Source of the DNA: Candidatus Alangreenwoodia gallinarii
GTDB taxonomy: Bacteria; Bacillota; Clostridia; Peptostreptococcales; Anaerovoracaceae
Reading direction: 5' to 3'
Assembly: GCA_904398315.1 (NCBI GenBank)
Contig: CAJFPD010000023.1
Coordinates: 2,417 to 66,416 of the forward strand
DNA length: 64,000 nt
Under the pieces are notes generated by a model, which ran no database searches, was not told the origin of the DNA, and worked only from the letters and a program-made list of their open reading frames with translations. The translations under genes were made by a program, and so were the position numbers. Below, piece by piece: positions 1 to 9,969 of the stretch. The stretch's first letter is position 1. Each line of letters opens with the position of its first letter.

Positions 1-1374
1 CCGCAGATCTTCGATCTTCTCCGCCGGGATTTTCAGCTCGTCCCGGATCTCCATCAGAACAGCGTTTTGGATACCCGAAAGTTTCAGCGGCGTTTTCGCG
101 TCTTTCAGCGCGTAGCGTGTCTTCAGAGACGCCTGAACGCTGTCTCCGTAAAAGCCTTTTTCCACCGAAACATCCTTTCTGCGCTTCACCAGCGGCACAT
201 ACCCGTCGGAGGAGATCAGAAAACCGTTGAAGCCCAGATGATTGGAAAGCTCCGATTCGGAAAGATCCTTCGGAAACGGACCGTCATACAGCTCGTCCCG
301 CACCGTCCTGCCGTTTTTCAGACGGTAATCCATCGCCCGGTTTGTCAGGAGAGAGTAGAAATATTTCGTCCGGGACGTATGCATCACGAAAGTATTTTCT
401 TTCTCCTCCCAGCTGTCCACACGGATATTCAGATTATTGTACACAAAAGATCCGTCATGAGCGTGATGCAGCTCCTCTTCGTGTTCTCTGATAAAAGCCG
501 GCGGTTCATACATCTTTTCCGGCTTATCCCGGACGAGAATCTGCCGCTCCCAGAGCCTGCCGTCGCAGAGAACGGGAAAGACGAAGGCGCCGCTTTCCTC
601 TTCCGCTCCGCTGATACCGTCCTTTTCTTCCATCCTGCGGCCGTTCTCTTCTCCCGCTTCGCCCGGACTCAGCCCGGTTTCCCGTTCCGTTCCGTCCGGC
701 TGGATTCTGTTCCGGTACGTCACAAAACGGTCAGACTGATACATCTGTTTCGTGAGAAAGCCGTACTTCTGCGTCAGCTTTGCGGCATCCTCCTTCAAAA
801 AGGCGGTATCTGCCTGCTGACCGGAGTTTTTCTCCTGCTGTTCCTGATCTTTCTCATGACGGCCATCATCGTTTCCTTGCTGACCGGAACCATTTTCCCG
901 GCTGCCGGATACCGGACCCGAACCGTTCTTTTTCCGCCGGCCGGCCTGTGCCGTCTTCCCGTGGATCTCCTTCGCTCTCATGATCATCTGAGTTTCATGA
1001 TCCCTGTAAATCCCGGTGATGAGTATTTCGAGAAATTTCGCGGCAGCTTCCGGATCATCGGCCGCCCTTTCCGTATAAAATTCCGGCAGATCTGCGTTCT
1101 GCTCCTCAAGTCTTTCGATCAGCCTGCCGAAAAGACCGGTATCACCATAATATCCCCGGAAAATCTGATCTGATATCTTCTGAAAAATGGCGATGCATTC
1201 GTTTCTGCTGAGACTCGGAAAATGATCGCCGTTCTTCCACTTCCGGAATGTCGCGTCTGTCACATCGAAATATTCCAGATTAAAATTCTTCTGCGTAAAT
1301 CCTTTCGTGTCCTCCAGCGTCTTAATGATGCTGCTCAGAAGCACATCAAAGGTAATTTTTATCTTTTTTTCCAA
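1..1374 (-). CDS. Hypothetical protein, 3' end cut by window edge. N-terminal XRE-like helix-turn-helix, Q/E/G-rich linker, C-terminal domain paralogous to 1991..3094.
   Basis: Own minus-strand translation. TTG at 1374 follows GGGGAG by 8 nt. Reads (M)EKKIKITFDVLLSSIIKTLEDTKGFTQKNF..FRKWKNGDHFPS (HTH-like) ... HTSRTKYFYSLLTNRAMDYRL..PKDLSESELSNHLGFNGF.. and stays open to position 1. Absent from the ORF track because it has no stop in the window. Track ORF 67..1173(+) is its antisense shadow. Confidence 0.65.
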   Translation of the reverse strand, partial: MEKKIKITFDVLLSSIIKTLEDTKGFTQKNFNLEYFDVTDATFRKWKNGDHFPSLSRNECIAIFQKISDQIFRGYYGDTGLFGRLIERLEEQNADLPEFYTERAADDPEAAAKFLEILITGIYRDHETQMIMRAKEIHGKTAQAGRRKKNGSGPVSGSRENGSGQQGNDDGRHEKDQEQQEKNSGQQADTAFLKEDAAKLTQKYGFLTKQMYQSDRFVTYRNRIQPDGTERETGLSPGEAGEENGRRMEEKDGISGAEEESGAFVFPVLCDGRLWERQILVRDKPEKMYEPPAFIREHEEELHHAHDGSFVYNNLNIRVDSWEEKENTFVMHTSRTKYFYSLLTNRAMDYRLKNGRTVRDELYDGPFPKDLSESELSNHLGFNGFLISSDGYVPLVKRRKDVSVEKGFYGDSVQASLKTRYALKDAKTPLKLSGIQNAVLMEIRDELKIPAEKIEDLR

Positions 1375-1990
1375 ATTTTATATCTCCCCTGTCTGCCGCC
1401 CGAAAGCTCCGTCTTCTGCCCGATCTCTTCCGTCAGGCCCGTCATCCGTTGTGTTTCGTCGGACCGTCTTTTTCCGGATTTTTTTCACCCGGTTCCTTTC
1501 ACAACTCTACTATACCACACTTATGCCACATCCTGCCACGTGCCGCTTCCGCAAAAACGCTGCGGTATCCGACATCCGTTTTCCTCCCCTGCGCTGCCGG
1601 TGCTGCTGTCATCCGCAGTTGCTGACCGCCGCCTCCGACACCGGGGATTTCAGAATACGGAAGTATTCCCGCCCGAAACCAAAATGCGGCAGCGCAGATA
1701 TCAGAACCGGAATTCCGCTCGTCGCCGAGCGCTCACGAGCGCTCCGTCCCGTTGAAGCTCCGGGAAAAATATTCTAAGATAAGCACAACAGGAGAACAGA
1801 AAACGGATTCCGCCGTTTCGGTGCCCTCCCTTTTTACAACCATTTTACCTCCTTTCTGTTTTTATATAGATGCGGACCGGAGGCGGAAGAAACATCCTGT
1901 TCTGTCTGCAGGGAGCCGGGATCAGATCCCGCGCTCCCTTCTCTTACGTCAGAAGACAAAAAATACGGAAAAGAAAGGAAATGATATATC

Positions 1991-3094
1991 ATGCTGATTC
2001 AAAATCATGACAGAGACATAAATTCTGAAACAAACAGAAAGGACTGCGCCAAAGACAGCATCCGGGATTCCGTGCTCCTGAGCCGGAGACTGACGGAGCT
2101 CATATACCGTTCCGACAGTTTTGTCCGCCACGAAAACAAGCCGGCAGCGGGCAGGGAAAACAGGCCGGCGGGAATCTGCGATTCCGCTTTTACCTTCCCC
2201 GTCCTGTGCGATGCCTCCCTAAAAGAAAAAGAACTGCGCATCATCGACCGGCCCGACCGGTTCTACCGGCTCGCAGATTTCGCGCGCGCTCACTATGACG
2301 AGCTTTTTTCCTTCCATTCGGGCTCAGATCTTTACAATCAGACGAATATCCGCGTCGATCGATGGCTACAAGAGGATTCCGCCTTCACGATCCATACCTC
2401 CCGCACCACTTACTTCGATTCTCTGGTGACAAACAGAGCGATGGATTTCCGTCTGAGGTGCGGCACTACCGTGCGTGACGAACTTTATCACGGTCCTTTC
2501 CCGAAGGACCTCTCCGAATCGGAGCTTTCCAACCATCTGGGATTCAACGGTTTTATCGTGACGGCGGACGGTTTTATTCCTCTTGTGAAGAGGCGCCGGG
2601 ACGTATCGACGGAAAAAGGTCTTTATGGCAACAGCATTCAGGCCTCCCTGAAGACGCGCTACGCCCTGCCGGAAAAGAATTCCTTCCTGACGGCTGAGGG
2701 AATCCGGAACAGCATCCGGAAGGAAATCCGGGATGAGCTGAAAATTCCGGAAGAAGAAATCCGTGAGCTGAAGCTGCTGTATGCCTGCCGCAATCTGATG
2801 GAAGGCGGCAAACCCCAGCTCCTTTTCCGGGCGGAATGCACCCTGACCCGGGAAGAAATCCGGCAGCGTTTCCGCGAAAAAATGCGGCAAGAGGAAGAAC
2901 AGATGACGGTGGACGGGAAGGAATTCCTCTGGATTCCGGAAAAAGAACTGCCTCATCTCTTTCTGTTTCCTGGAGGAATCGTCCGGCAGGGTATCATCAT
3001 CCCCATGTCCCCCTTCTCTGTCGCTGCCATCGCTCTTCTGATCCGTCACGGAAATTCTGTGGATTTTTCCGCACCGCGCTCCGCCTCCGCATAA
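1991..3094 (+). CDS. Hypothetical protein, paralogue of the 1..1374 gene without the HTH. Possible degenerate Nudix-like fold.
   Basis: 367-aa ORF with AAAGGAAA upstream of the ATG. About 55-60% identical by eye to the minus-strand gene over about 195 aa (AFTFPVLCD..HTSRTTYFDSLVTNRAMDFRL..PKDLSESELSNHLGFNGF..LKTRYAL..EIRDELKIP). The segment EGIRNSIRKEIRDELKI resembles a Nudix box (E-x7-REUxEExGU) with K-E-I-x-D-E. Confidence 0.6.
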   Translation: MLIQNHDRDINSETNRKDCAKDSIRDSVLLSRRLTELIYRSDSFVRHENKPAAGRENRPAGICDSAFTFPVLCDASLKEKELRIIDRPDRFYRLADFARAHYDELFSFHSGSDLYNQTNIRVDRWLQEDSAFTIHTSRTTYFDSLVTNRAMDFRLRCGTTVRDELYHGPFPKDLSESELSNHLGFNGFIVTADGFIPLVKRRRDVSTEKGLYGNSIQASLKTRYALPEKNSFLTAEGIRNSIRKEIRDELKIPEEEIRELKLLYACRNLMEGGKPQLLFRAECTLTREEIRQRFREKMRQEEEQMTVDGKEFLWIPEKELPHLFLFPGGIVRQGIIIPMSPFSVAAIALLIRHGNSVDFSAPRSASA

Positions 3095-3286
3095 TCCGGA
3101 TCTGTAGTGTGTTTTTTCTCCGCAGCTTGCAGACGGCGCAGCGATCGTTTATGATAGTTTCAGAAAATCAGAGGACAGACCGTTTTTATCAGGCGGAAGA
3201 CCGGATTGCGGTTTTCCGCCGTTTCAGATATACAAAAAGTCAGATATAGATATATCATCCGATATGTAAAATAGAAGGAAATATGT

Positions 3287-4549
3287 ATGGAAAAGAAAAA
3301 AATCGCCGTGGCAGGAGCCGGTTATGTCGGTCTTTCTCTGGCCGTGCTGCTGGCGCAGAAAAATGAGGTGTATCTCTACGATATCTCAGAGGAAAAGACG
3401 GAGATGATCCGCCGGGGAATTTCACCTGTCCGGGACAGAGAACTGGAGGAATATCTGGCGTCAAAAAAGCTGAATCTGAAGGCTGTCTCTGACGCAAAGA
3501 CAGCATTTGCCGGTTCCGTATTTATCATCATCGCCGTTCCGACAGATTATGAGGAGAAAACGGGACGATTCAACACCTCCGCCGTGGAATCGGTCCTTTC
3601 CCTGGCAGAAAAATATGCGCCGGAAGCCTTTTCTGTCATCCGATCCACCGTCCCCGTAGGCTATACCTCTTCCGTCCGGAAAAAGACGGGAAACCGCAAT
3701 ATCTTCTTTTCACCCGAATTCCTCCGGGAGACGAAAGCCCTGTATGACAATCTGCATCCGTCCCGGATCATCGCAGGCATCGATCCGGACGATCCGCGGC
3801 AGACCGAAGCCGCCGGCATCTTTCTCTCGCTGCTTCAGGAAGGTGCCCGGAAGCGGGATCCGGAAATTCTGATCATGAAATCCTCCGAGGCGGAAGCCGT
3901 CAAGCTGTTCTCCAACGCTTATCTCGCCATGCGGGTCAGCTTTTTCAACGAACTCGACACCTATGCGGAGCTGAAGGGTCTCGACACGCAGCGCATCATC
4001 CGCGGTGTCTGCCTCGATCCGCGCATCGGCGACTGGTACAATAACCCCGGCTTCGGCTACGGCGGCTATTGTCTTCCGAAGGATACAAAACAGCTGCTGT
4101 CCGATTACAGCGGCGTCCCCCAGAGCCTGATCCGCTCCATCGTCGACGCCAACGACACGCGAAAGGATTTTATCGCCGGCCGTATTCTGTCGCTGGCCGG
4201 TTATACGGCGGAGCCATCTGCGCCTTCCGCGGTTTCTGCCGCTCCCGCAGATTCTTCCGGCTCATGCGTCATCGGCGTCTACCGTCTGATCATGAAGAGC
4301 GGCAGCGACAACTTCCGACACAGTGCCGTCCTCGATATCATAGAACGTCTGCGCCGCGAAAACGGCATCGATCTTCTCATCTACGAACCGGCTCTTGCGG
4401 GAGACGCCGTGCCTGCCGGCTGCCGCGTCACATCAGATCTGAAAACATTCAAGACTGAGTGCCGCATCATCCTCGCCAACCGTTTTGAGGAAGCGCTGGA
4501 GGATGTAAAAGAAAAAGTGTACACCCGGGACGTGTATCACAGAGACTGA
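3287..4549 (+). CDS. ugd: UDP-glucose 6-dehydrogenase (HasB/Ugd type)
   Basis: N-terminal Rossmann motif IAVAGAGYVG, catalytic region GFGYGGYCLPKDTKQL, C-terminal VYRLIMKSGSDNFRHSA as in HasB-type enzymes. GAAGGAAA SD. Carries a short Ala/Pro/Ser-rich insertion (GYTAEPSAPSAVSAAPADSSGS). Confidence 0.9.
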   Translation: MEKKKIAVAGAGYVGLSLAVLLAQKNEVYLYDISEEKTEMIRRGISPVRDRELEEYLASKKLNLKAVSDAKTAFAGSVFIIIAVPTDYEEKTGRFNTSAVESVLSLAEKYAPEAFSVIRSTVPVGYTSSVRKKTGNRNIFFSPEFLRETKALYDNLHPSRIIAGIDPDDPRQTEAAGIFLSLLQEGARKRDPEILIMKSSEAEAVKLFSNAYLAMRVSFFNELDTYAELKGLDTQRIIRGVCLDPRIGDWYNNPGFGYGGYCLPKDTKQLLSDYSGVPQSLIRSIVDANDTRKDFIAGRILSLAGYTAEPSAPSAVSAAPADSSGSCVIGVYRLIMKSGSDNFRHSAVLDIIERLRRENGIDLLIYEPALAGDAVPAGCRVTSDLKTFKTECRIILANRFEEALEDVKEKVYTRDVYHRD

Positions 4550-4643
4550 AAATTCCGGAAGCTGAAGAATCAAAAAAGATTGACTCCTCTCAGACATTCA
4601 CCGTCGTCTTTCAGGTCGCGGTAGCCGGCATTCTCGCCGTCTG

Positions 4644-4672
4644 GCGCGGAAACGGCTTTACCGCGCTTTTTC
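4644..4672 (+). terminator. Probable intrinsic terminator downstream of ugd
   Basis: GCGCGG (4644-4649) pairs with CCGCGC (4661-4666), followed by TTTTT. Confidence 0.5.
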
Positions 4673-4806
4673 TCCCTGACTATCTGACAGCCTGCTGCCT
4701 GAACTTCATCATGGCACTGCCCGCGCAGCTCCGTTTTGAAATTCTGATTCTAAATTACTCCGGCGGATAATATGTTTATACCAGACTACTCAAGGGGGAA
4801 ATTTTT

Positions 4807-6303
4807 ATGGACACATACAATGCGTACGATATTTACAGAGATATCAGAACGAGAACGGGGGGAGACATCTACCTCGGCGTCGTCGGACCCGTGCGGACGG
4901 GAAAATCCACATTCATCCGGAATTTTGCAAACCTCATGATCCTGCCCTATGTGGAGGATGCCGGCGTCGCGGCGAGGATCCGGGATGAGCTGCCTCAGAG
5001 CGGGACGGGACGGACGATCATGACGACGGAGCCGAAATTCGTTCCGGCGGAAGCCGCCGAAATCCGTCTGGGCGGCAATATGTCCTGCCGCGTGCGCCTC
5101 ATCGACTGCGTAGGCTATATGGTGGACGGCGCATCCGGCTCTCTGGAACCGGGAGAAAGCGGAGAAATCCGCATGATCTCCACTCCCTGGGATGACGAGC
5201 CCCTGCCCTTCGACGTGGCCGCAGAGACGGGAACGCGCCGCGTCATCACAGAACACTCCACCGTAGGCGTCCTCGTTACCACAGACGGCAGCATCAGCAG
5301 CATACCGCGCAGCCAGTACGCCGAGTCAGAGGAGCGCGTCGTAGTGGAACTGAAGCGGGCAGACAAACCTTTCGTCATCGTCCTCAATACGACAGATCCC
5401 TATTCGGAGGAAACGCTGGCGCTGGCCGGAACGATGGAGGAAAAATATGACGCTCCTGTCATTCCCGCAGACTGCCTCCATATCACGGAAGAAGATATCA
5501 GTGAAATTATCACCGATATCCTCTATCAGTTTCCTGTCTCCCGGATCAATATCAGCCTGCCCGGCTTCATCGACGGTCTCGACGTCTCCCACAACATCAA
5601 GCAGCAGCTGATTCAGAACGTCAGAGAATGGAGTGAGAAAATCGAAACGCTGCGGGATGTCATTCAGTCCTGCGGGGAACTGGCCGACGGAGAGGTCATC
5701 CGGACGGCGGAGATCACCGCCACCGATCCCGGAACGGGAAACAGCACCGTGGAGCTCACCTGTGTCAGCGGCCTGTTTTACAAAGTGATCGGCGAGATTA
5801 TGGAATGCAGCGTAAAAAATGACCGACATTTCTTCGAACTGATCCGCGACTTCTCCCATGCAAAAAAGGCCTATGAAAAGCTGCAGAGCGCCCTGAAAGA
5901 AGTGGAGGAGTGCGGCTATGGCATCGTGCGCCCTCAGCTCTCGGAGATGGAGCTCAAAAGTCCGGAACTGTTCCGACAAGGCAGCAAATACGGTGTGAAA
6001 ATACGGGCGAAAGCCCCTTCTCTTCACATCATCCGAACCGATATCACCACAGAGATTTCTCCGATCGTGGGATCGGAAAATCAGAGTCAGGACCTCATCC
6101 GATATCTCAGGGAACAGTTTCAGGAAAATCCCGGAGGAATCTGGGAGACGAATATTTTCGGAAAGACGCTGTACGAAATGGTCACCGACCAGATTGACAG
6201 CAAACTCAACAGCGTGCCGCAGGAACTGCGCTTCAAGATACGCCGCTCCCTGCAGCGCATCAGCGACGAAGGGAAAGAATATTTCATCTGCATCATCATC
6301 TGA
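4807..6303 (+). CDS. spoIVA: Stage IV sporulation protein A (spore coat morphogenetic ATPase)
   Basis: N-terminus DIYRDIRTRTGGDIYLGVVGPVRTGKSTFIRNF matches the SpoIVA Walker-A region. Length 498 aa. GGGGGA SD. Confidence 0.95.
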   Translation: MDTYNAYDIYRDIRTRTGGDIYLGVVGPVRTGKSTFIRNFANLMILPYVEDAGVAARIRDELPQSGTGRTIMTTEPKFVPAEAAEIRLGGNMSCRVRLIDCVGYMVDGASGSLEPGESGEIRMISTPWDDEPLPFDVAAETGTRRVITEHSTVGVLVTTDGSISSIPRSQYAESEERVVVELKRADKPFVIVLNTTDPYSEETLALAGTMEEKYDAPVIPADCLHITEEDISEIITDILYQFPVSRINISLPGFIDGLDVSHNIKQQLIQNVREWSEKIETLRDVIQSCGELADGEVIRTAEITATDPGTGNSTVELTCVSGLFYKVIGEIMECSVKNDRHFFELIRDFSHAKKAYEKLQSALKEVEECGYGIVRPQLSEMELKSPELFRQGSKYGVKIRAKAPSLHIIRTDITTEISPIVGSENQSQDLIRYLREQFQENPGGIWETNIFGKTLYEMVTDQIDSKLNSVPQELRFKIRRSLQRISDEGKEYFICIII

Positions 6304-6358
6304 GAAAAAGTTCCCGGAAACATGGCAGCCGGAAAAGAATGATTCGGATCGAAAAAAA

Positions 6359-6793
6359 TTATTCGGAAAGGAAATCTTCGATTTCCGATTCTCCGATGAC
6401 AGGGATCCCCTCCTCCTTCAGCATGCGGACGAAAATGCCGTCGCCTCCGACAAGTCTTTTGGAAAACGTTCCGTCGTAGACTTCACCGCTGCCGCAGGAA
6501 GGACTTCTCTCCTTCAGAACCGCCAGGCCGCACTGAAAATACCGGGCCAGATGCATCATGGCCCGGGCGCCGCGGTAAAATTCCTCCGTCACATCGCATC
6601 CTTCCCGTGAAACAACCCGGTCTCCCAGGATTTCCGAAGGAACCCTCGGCACCGGCAGACCCCCGTAGACCTCGGGGCAGACGGGAATCAGATGATGCTT
6701 TTCCCGCAGGCGGTCCGCCGCGCCGCAGTAATTGTGGCCGCCGTCATATCGGCATTCCACACCTAAAAGACATGCGCTTATGAGTATGTTCAT
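6359..6793 (-). CDS. DUF523 family protein (YbbK/TudS-like)
   Basis: N-terminus ILISACLLGVECRYDGG and SPSCG are typical of DUF523. Length 144 aa. Confidence 0.8.
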   Translation of the reverse strand: MNILISACLLGVECRYDGGHNYCGAADRLREKHHLIPVCPEVYGGLPVPRVPSEILGDRVVSREGCDVTEEFYRGARAMMHLARYFQCGLAVLKERSPSCGSGEVYDGTFSKRLVGGDGIFVRMLKEEGIPVIGESEIEDFLSE

Positions 6794-6856
6794 TTTATTT
6801 TCCTCTCTGAAAAGCGAATAGAAAGGAGATTCTGCTCCATCGGGACGAATCTCCGC

Positions 6857-6889
6857 AAAAGAGGCCCGGCAGCGCGCCGGGCCTCTTTT
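6857..6889. terminator. Bidirectional intrinsic terminator after gpsA
   Basis: AAAAGAGGCCCGGC (6857-6870) pairs with GCCGGGCCTCTTTT (6876-6889). 14-bp stem with A/T runs on both sides. Confidence 0.65.
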
Positions 6890-6911
6890 GTATTTTCTCT
6901 GTTTTCCTGTT

Positions 6912-7913
6912 TTAGTCTTCGTGCTTTTTTTCGCGTCCCATCAGGATGCGTACCGCCTCTGAGGCAGTCGTCTCTTTGCGTATCACGCGGTAAAGCTGCT
7001 CTGTGATCGGCATTTCCACTCCGTGCAGAGCGGCCAGTTCGTAGGCGGCTTCCGTAGTATACATCCCTTCTACCACCATTCCAACTTTTTCCGTGGCTTC
7101 TTCCGGATCCGTTCCCTCGCCGATCATGATGCCGCAGCGTCTGTTTCTGCTGTGCATGCTGGTGCATGTGACGATCAGATCACCCACGCCGGACAGTCCC
7201 ATGAACGTATTGCGATCCGCTCCCATTTCCACGCCCAGCCGGGCCATTTCCCGAAGGCCCCGCGTCATCAGCGCCGCTTTCGCGTTGTCGCCGTATCCCA
7301 TTCCGTCCGAAATGCCGGCACACAGCGCGATGATATTCTTCAGAGCGCCGCCCAGCTCCGTGCCGATGACATCGAGAGAAGTGTAGACGCGCATGGAATC
7401 CGACATGAAGAGATCCTGCACATAGGATGCTGTCCCCATGTCCCGCGAAGCCGCGATCAGCGTCGTCGGCAGACCCTTCGCCACCTCCTCCGCGTGAGAC
7501 GGGCCGGAGAGCACGGCAAAGCGCAGCTTCGGATCGACCTGCTCCGCGATCTGCGAGATGCGCAGATGCGTTCCCCGCTCGATGCCCTTGGAACAGTTTA
7601 TGACGGGTATGCCATTTCCGAGGTATGCCCGCGTCTCCTCCAGACAGGAACGGAACGCCTGGGCCGGTACCACATAAACGGCCGCTTCGGCTCCGTCAAG
7701 CGCCTCCTTCGCGTCATCGGTAAAAGAAACACCCGGGCCGATGGCCGCTCCCGGAAGATATCTGCTGTTCTCTCCCGTTCTCCTCATCTCTTCGATGGCG
7801 CTGGAATTTCTTCCCCACAGACAGACATTCCTTCCGTTTTTCGCCAGCGAAATCGCCAGAGCGGTTCCCCAGCTTCCGGCGCCGAGAACCGCGATTTTTC
7901 TTTCTTCCATCAC
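6912..7913 (-). CDS. gpsA: NAD(P)H-dependent glycerol-3-phosphate dehydrogenase
   Basis: KIAVLGAGSWGTALA Rossmann motif, GLKNIIA and MTRGLREM motifs. 333 aa. Conserved der-plsY-gpsA order. Confidence 0.95.
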   Translation of the reverse strand: MMEERKIAVLGAGSWGTALAISLAKNGRNVCLWGRNSSAIEEMRRTGENSRYLPGAAIGPGVSFTDDAKEALDGAEAAVYVVPAQAFRSCLEETRAYLGNGIPVINCSKGIERGTHLRISQIAEQVDPKLRFAVLSGPSHAEEVAKGLPTTLIAASRDMGTASYVQDLFMSDSMRVYTSLDVIGTELGGALKNIIALCAGISDGMGYGDNAKAALMTRGLREMARLGVEMGADRNTFMGLSGVGDLIVTCTSMHSRNRRCGIMIGEGTDPEEATEKVGMVVEGMYTTEAAYELAALHGVEMPITEQLYRVIRKETTASEAVRILMGREKKHED

Positions 7914-8022
7914 AACAAAACTCCCTGATTTTTTCCAGTTTTATCCATAGTCACGCCGACAGTCCCGTTTACAGTTCCATCCGACGTAACTTCTGAGCTG
8001 CGCCTTTTTCCGGAGCCCGGTT

Positions 8023-8634
8023 TTACTCTTTCTTTTTTCCCGAAAAACTCACCGGCGGCTCTTCGCCCCGGGCCAGTCTTACGATATTAGTGCGGTGCCT
8101 CCACAGGACGATCAGCGCCACCACCAGCGCCCAGATAAGATAGGTTCTGTCAAACACCGCCATGAAAACCGGCAGGGAAACGGCCGCCGCGATGGAACCG
8201 CAGGAAACCCGGCGGGTGATTACCATAAACAGCGCCGCACAGGCCAGACATAAAAGGCCGATCCGCCAGTCAAAAGCTAAAAGGACGCCGAATCCCGTGG
8301 CGATGCCCTTTCCGCCCTGAAACCGCTGGGTCACCGGCCAGATATGGCCTAAAAATGCCGCGGATCCGCAGACGATAGCGCCGTTGTCTCCCAGAAGCGA
8401 TCCTCCGATCAGGACGGGAACGGCGCCTTTCAGGATATCCACCAGCAGCGTGATCGCCGCGGCTTTTTTCCCCAGGGTGCGCAGCACATTTGTCGTCCCC
8501 GGGTTGCCGCTTCCCTCCTTATGTATATCCACGCCGTAGGCTCTGCCCACCAGCGTGGCCGGAGAGATATTGCCGATAAAATAGCTGACTGCCGCCAGCA
8601 GAATCCAGACGACAGGTGAATGAAAATCAGTCAA
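8023..8634 (-). CDS. plsY: Glycerol-3-phosphate acyltransferase PlsY
   Basis: [12 protein letters not shown] and [10 protein letters not shown] motifs in a polytopic membrane protein. TTG start 6 nt after GGGGAGG, overlapping the der stop. Confidence 0.95.
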   Translation of the reverse strand: MTDFHSPVVWILLAAVSYFIGNISPATLVGRAYGVDIHKEGSGNPGTTNVLRTLGKKAAAITLLVDILKGAVPVLIGGSLLGDNGAIVCGSAAFLGHIWPVTQRFQGGKGIATGFGVLLAFDWRIGLLCLACAALFMVITRRVSCGSIAAAVSLPVFMAVFDRTYLIWALVVALIVLWRHRTNIVRLARGEEPPVSFSGKKKE

Positions 8635-9955
8635 CGGAATCCTCCCCTTTTTCCCGGAATACGAATTTGATCGATGTACCGGTAAATTTAAAATTCTCTC
8701 TCAGCTTATTCTCCAGATAGCGGGAATAGGAGAAATGCATCAGCTCCCGCTTGTTTACCTTAAAGGCGAAGAGCGGCGGCTTGACGCCCACCTGAGAGAC
8801 ATAATAGATCTTCAGCTTCTTTCCCTTATCGGAAGGCGGCTGCTTCATCAGCGTCGCGTCGGCGATTACCGCATTCAGCTGTCCGGTAGGAATCCGTTTC
8901 GCTCTCTGCTCCGCCACCTCTCCGGCCAGATCTAAAACTCTCATCATCCTCTGCCCTGTCTTCACGGAGATGAAGAGAATCGGCGCATACGGCACAAAAG
9001 ACAGCTCGGAGCGGATCATCCTTTCAAATTTTCCCATGGTATGTGTATCTTTTTCGATCAGATCCCACTTGTTTACCGTGAGAATGATACCCTTGCCCGC
9101 TTCATGGGCAAGACCGGCAATCTTTTTGTCCTGCTCCGTCACTCCCTCCGATGCGTCGATCATGACGATGCAGACGTCGCTGCGCTCGATGGAAGTGATA
9201 GCGCGGATCACGCTGAAGCGCTCGATATCCTCCGTCACCTTTTTTCTGCGGCGGATTCCCGCCGTATCGATCAGCGTGTATTTCTGTCCTTCATGTTCGA
9301 AAGGTGTGTCGATGGAGTCCCGGGTCGTCCCCGCGATATCGCTGACAATCACCCGTTCTTCGCCGATCATGGCATTGATCAGAGAGGATTTCCCCACATT
9401 CGGCTTTCCGATGACGGCGATTTTAATCGTGTCATCTTCCTCCTGCTCTTCCTCTTCCTTCGGAAATTCCGCCACGATGAGGTCCAGAAGATCACCCAGA
9501 TTCAGCACATTGGCCGCGGAGACGGGAACGGGTTCTCCCAGACCAAGTTCGTAGAAGTCATAAAAGCTGTCCGGCAGCTTCGGCGTATCGATCTTGTTGA
9601 CGACGAGAATCACGTTTCTTCCCGTCCTCATAAGCATATCCCCTACTTCCCTGTCCGCTGCCGTCAGGCCTGCTCTTCCGTCCACGAGGAAGAGGATCAC
9701 ATCGGCGGTCTCGATGGCAATTCTCGCCTGTTCCCGCATCTGAGAAAGGATAATATCTTTGGAATCCGGTTCAATTCCTCCGGTATCGATCAGAATAAAC
9801 GGAATACCGTTCCATTCCGATTCCGCATAGATCCGGTCTCTCGTAACGCCGGGGGTATCTTCGACGATGGAGATCCGACTGCCGACGATCTTGTTGAAAA
9901 GCGTCGATTTTCCCACATTCGGTCTGCCCACCACGGCTACAATCGGTTTTTTCAT
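8627..9955 (-). CDS. der: Ribosome-biogenesis GTPase Der (EngA)
   Basis: Two tandem GTPase domains ([12 protein letters not shown] and [12 protein letters not shown]) plus a KH-like C-terminus. 442 aa. Confidence 0.95.
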   Translation of the reverse strand: MKKPIVAVVGRPNVGKSTLFNKIVGSRISIVEDTPGVTRDRIYAESEWNGIPFILIDTGGIEPDSKDIILSQMREQARIAIETADVILFLVDGRAGLTAADREVGDMLMRTGRNVILVVNKIDTPKLPDSFYDFYELGLGEPVPVSAANVLNLGDLLDLIVAEFPKEEEEQEEDDTIKIAVIGKPNVGKSSLINAMIGEERVIVSDIAGTTRDSIDTPFEHEGQKYTLIDTAGIRRRKKVTEDIERFSVIRAITSIERSDVCIVMIDASEGVTEQDKKIAGLAHEAGKGIILTVNKWDLIEKDTHTMGKFERMIRSELSFVPYAPILFISVKTGQRMMRVLDLAGEVAEQRAKRIPTGQLNAVIADATLMKQPPSDKGKKLKIYYVSQVGVKPPLFAFKVNKRELMHFSYSRYLENKLRENFKFTGTSIKFVFREKGEDSVD

Positions 9956-9969
9956 CCGTATTTTCTCCT

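Noticed and set aside
67-1173. 368-aa plus-strand ORF in the track
   Set aside because: Arg/Phe/His-rich composition with no recognisable motif. It is the antisense shadow of the minus-strand HTH/paralogue gene, whose translation is clearly homologous to 1991..3094.
4546-4770. Open frame of about 70 codons with hydrophobic content (..FTVVFQVAVAGILAVWRGNGFTALFL..) between ugd and spoIVA
   Set aside because: It has no ATG/GTG/TTG start or SD, and it contains the ugd terminator hairpin. It may be a relic of a membrane-protein gene, but I cannot support calling it.
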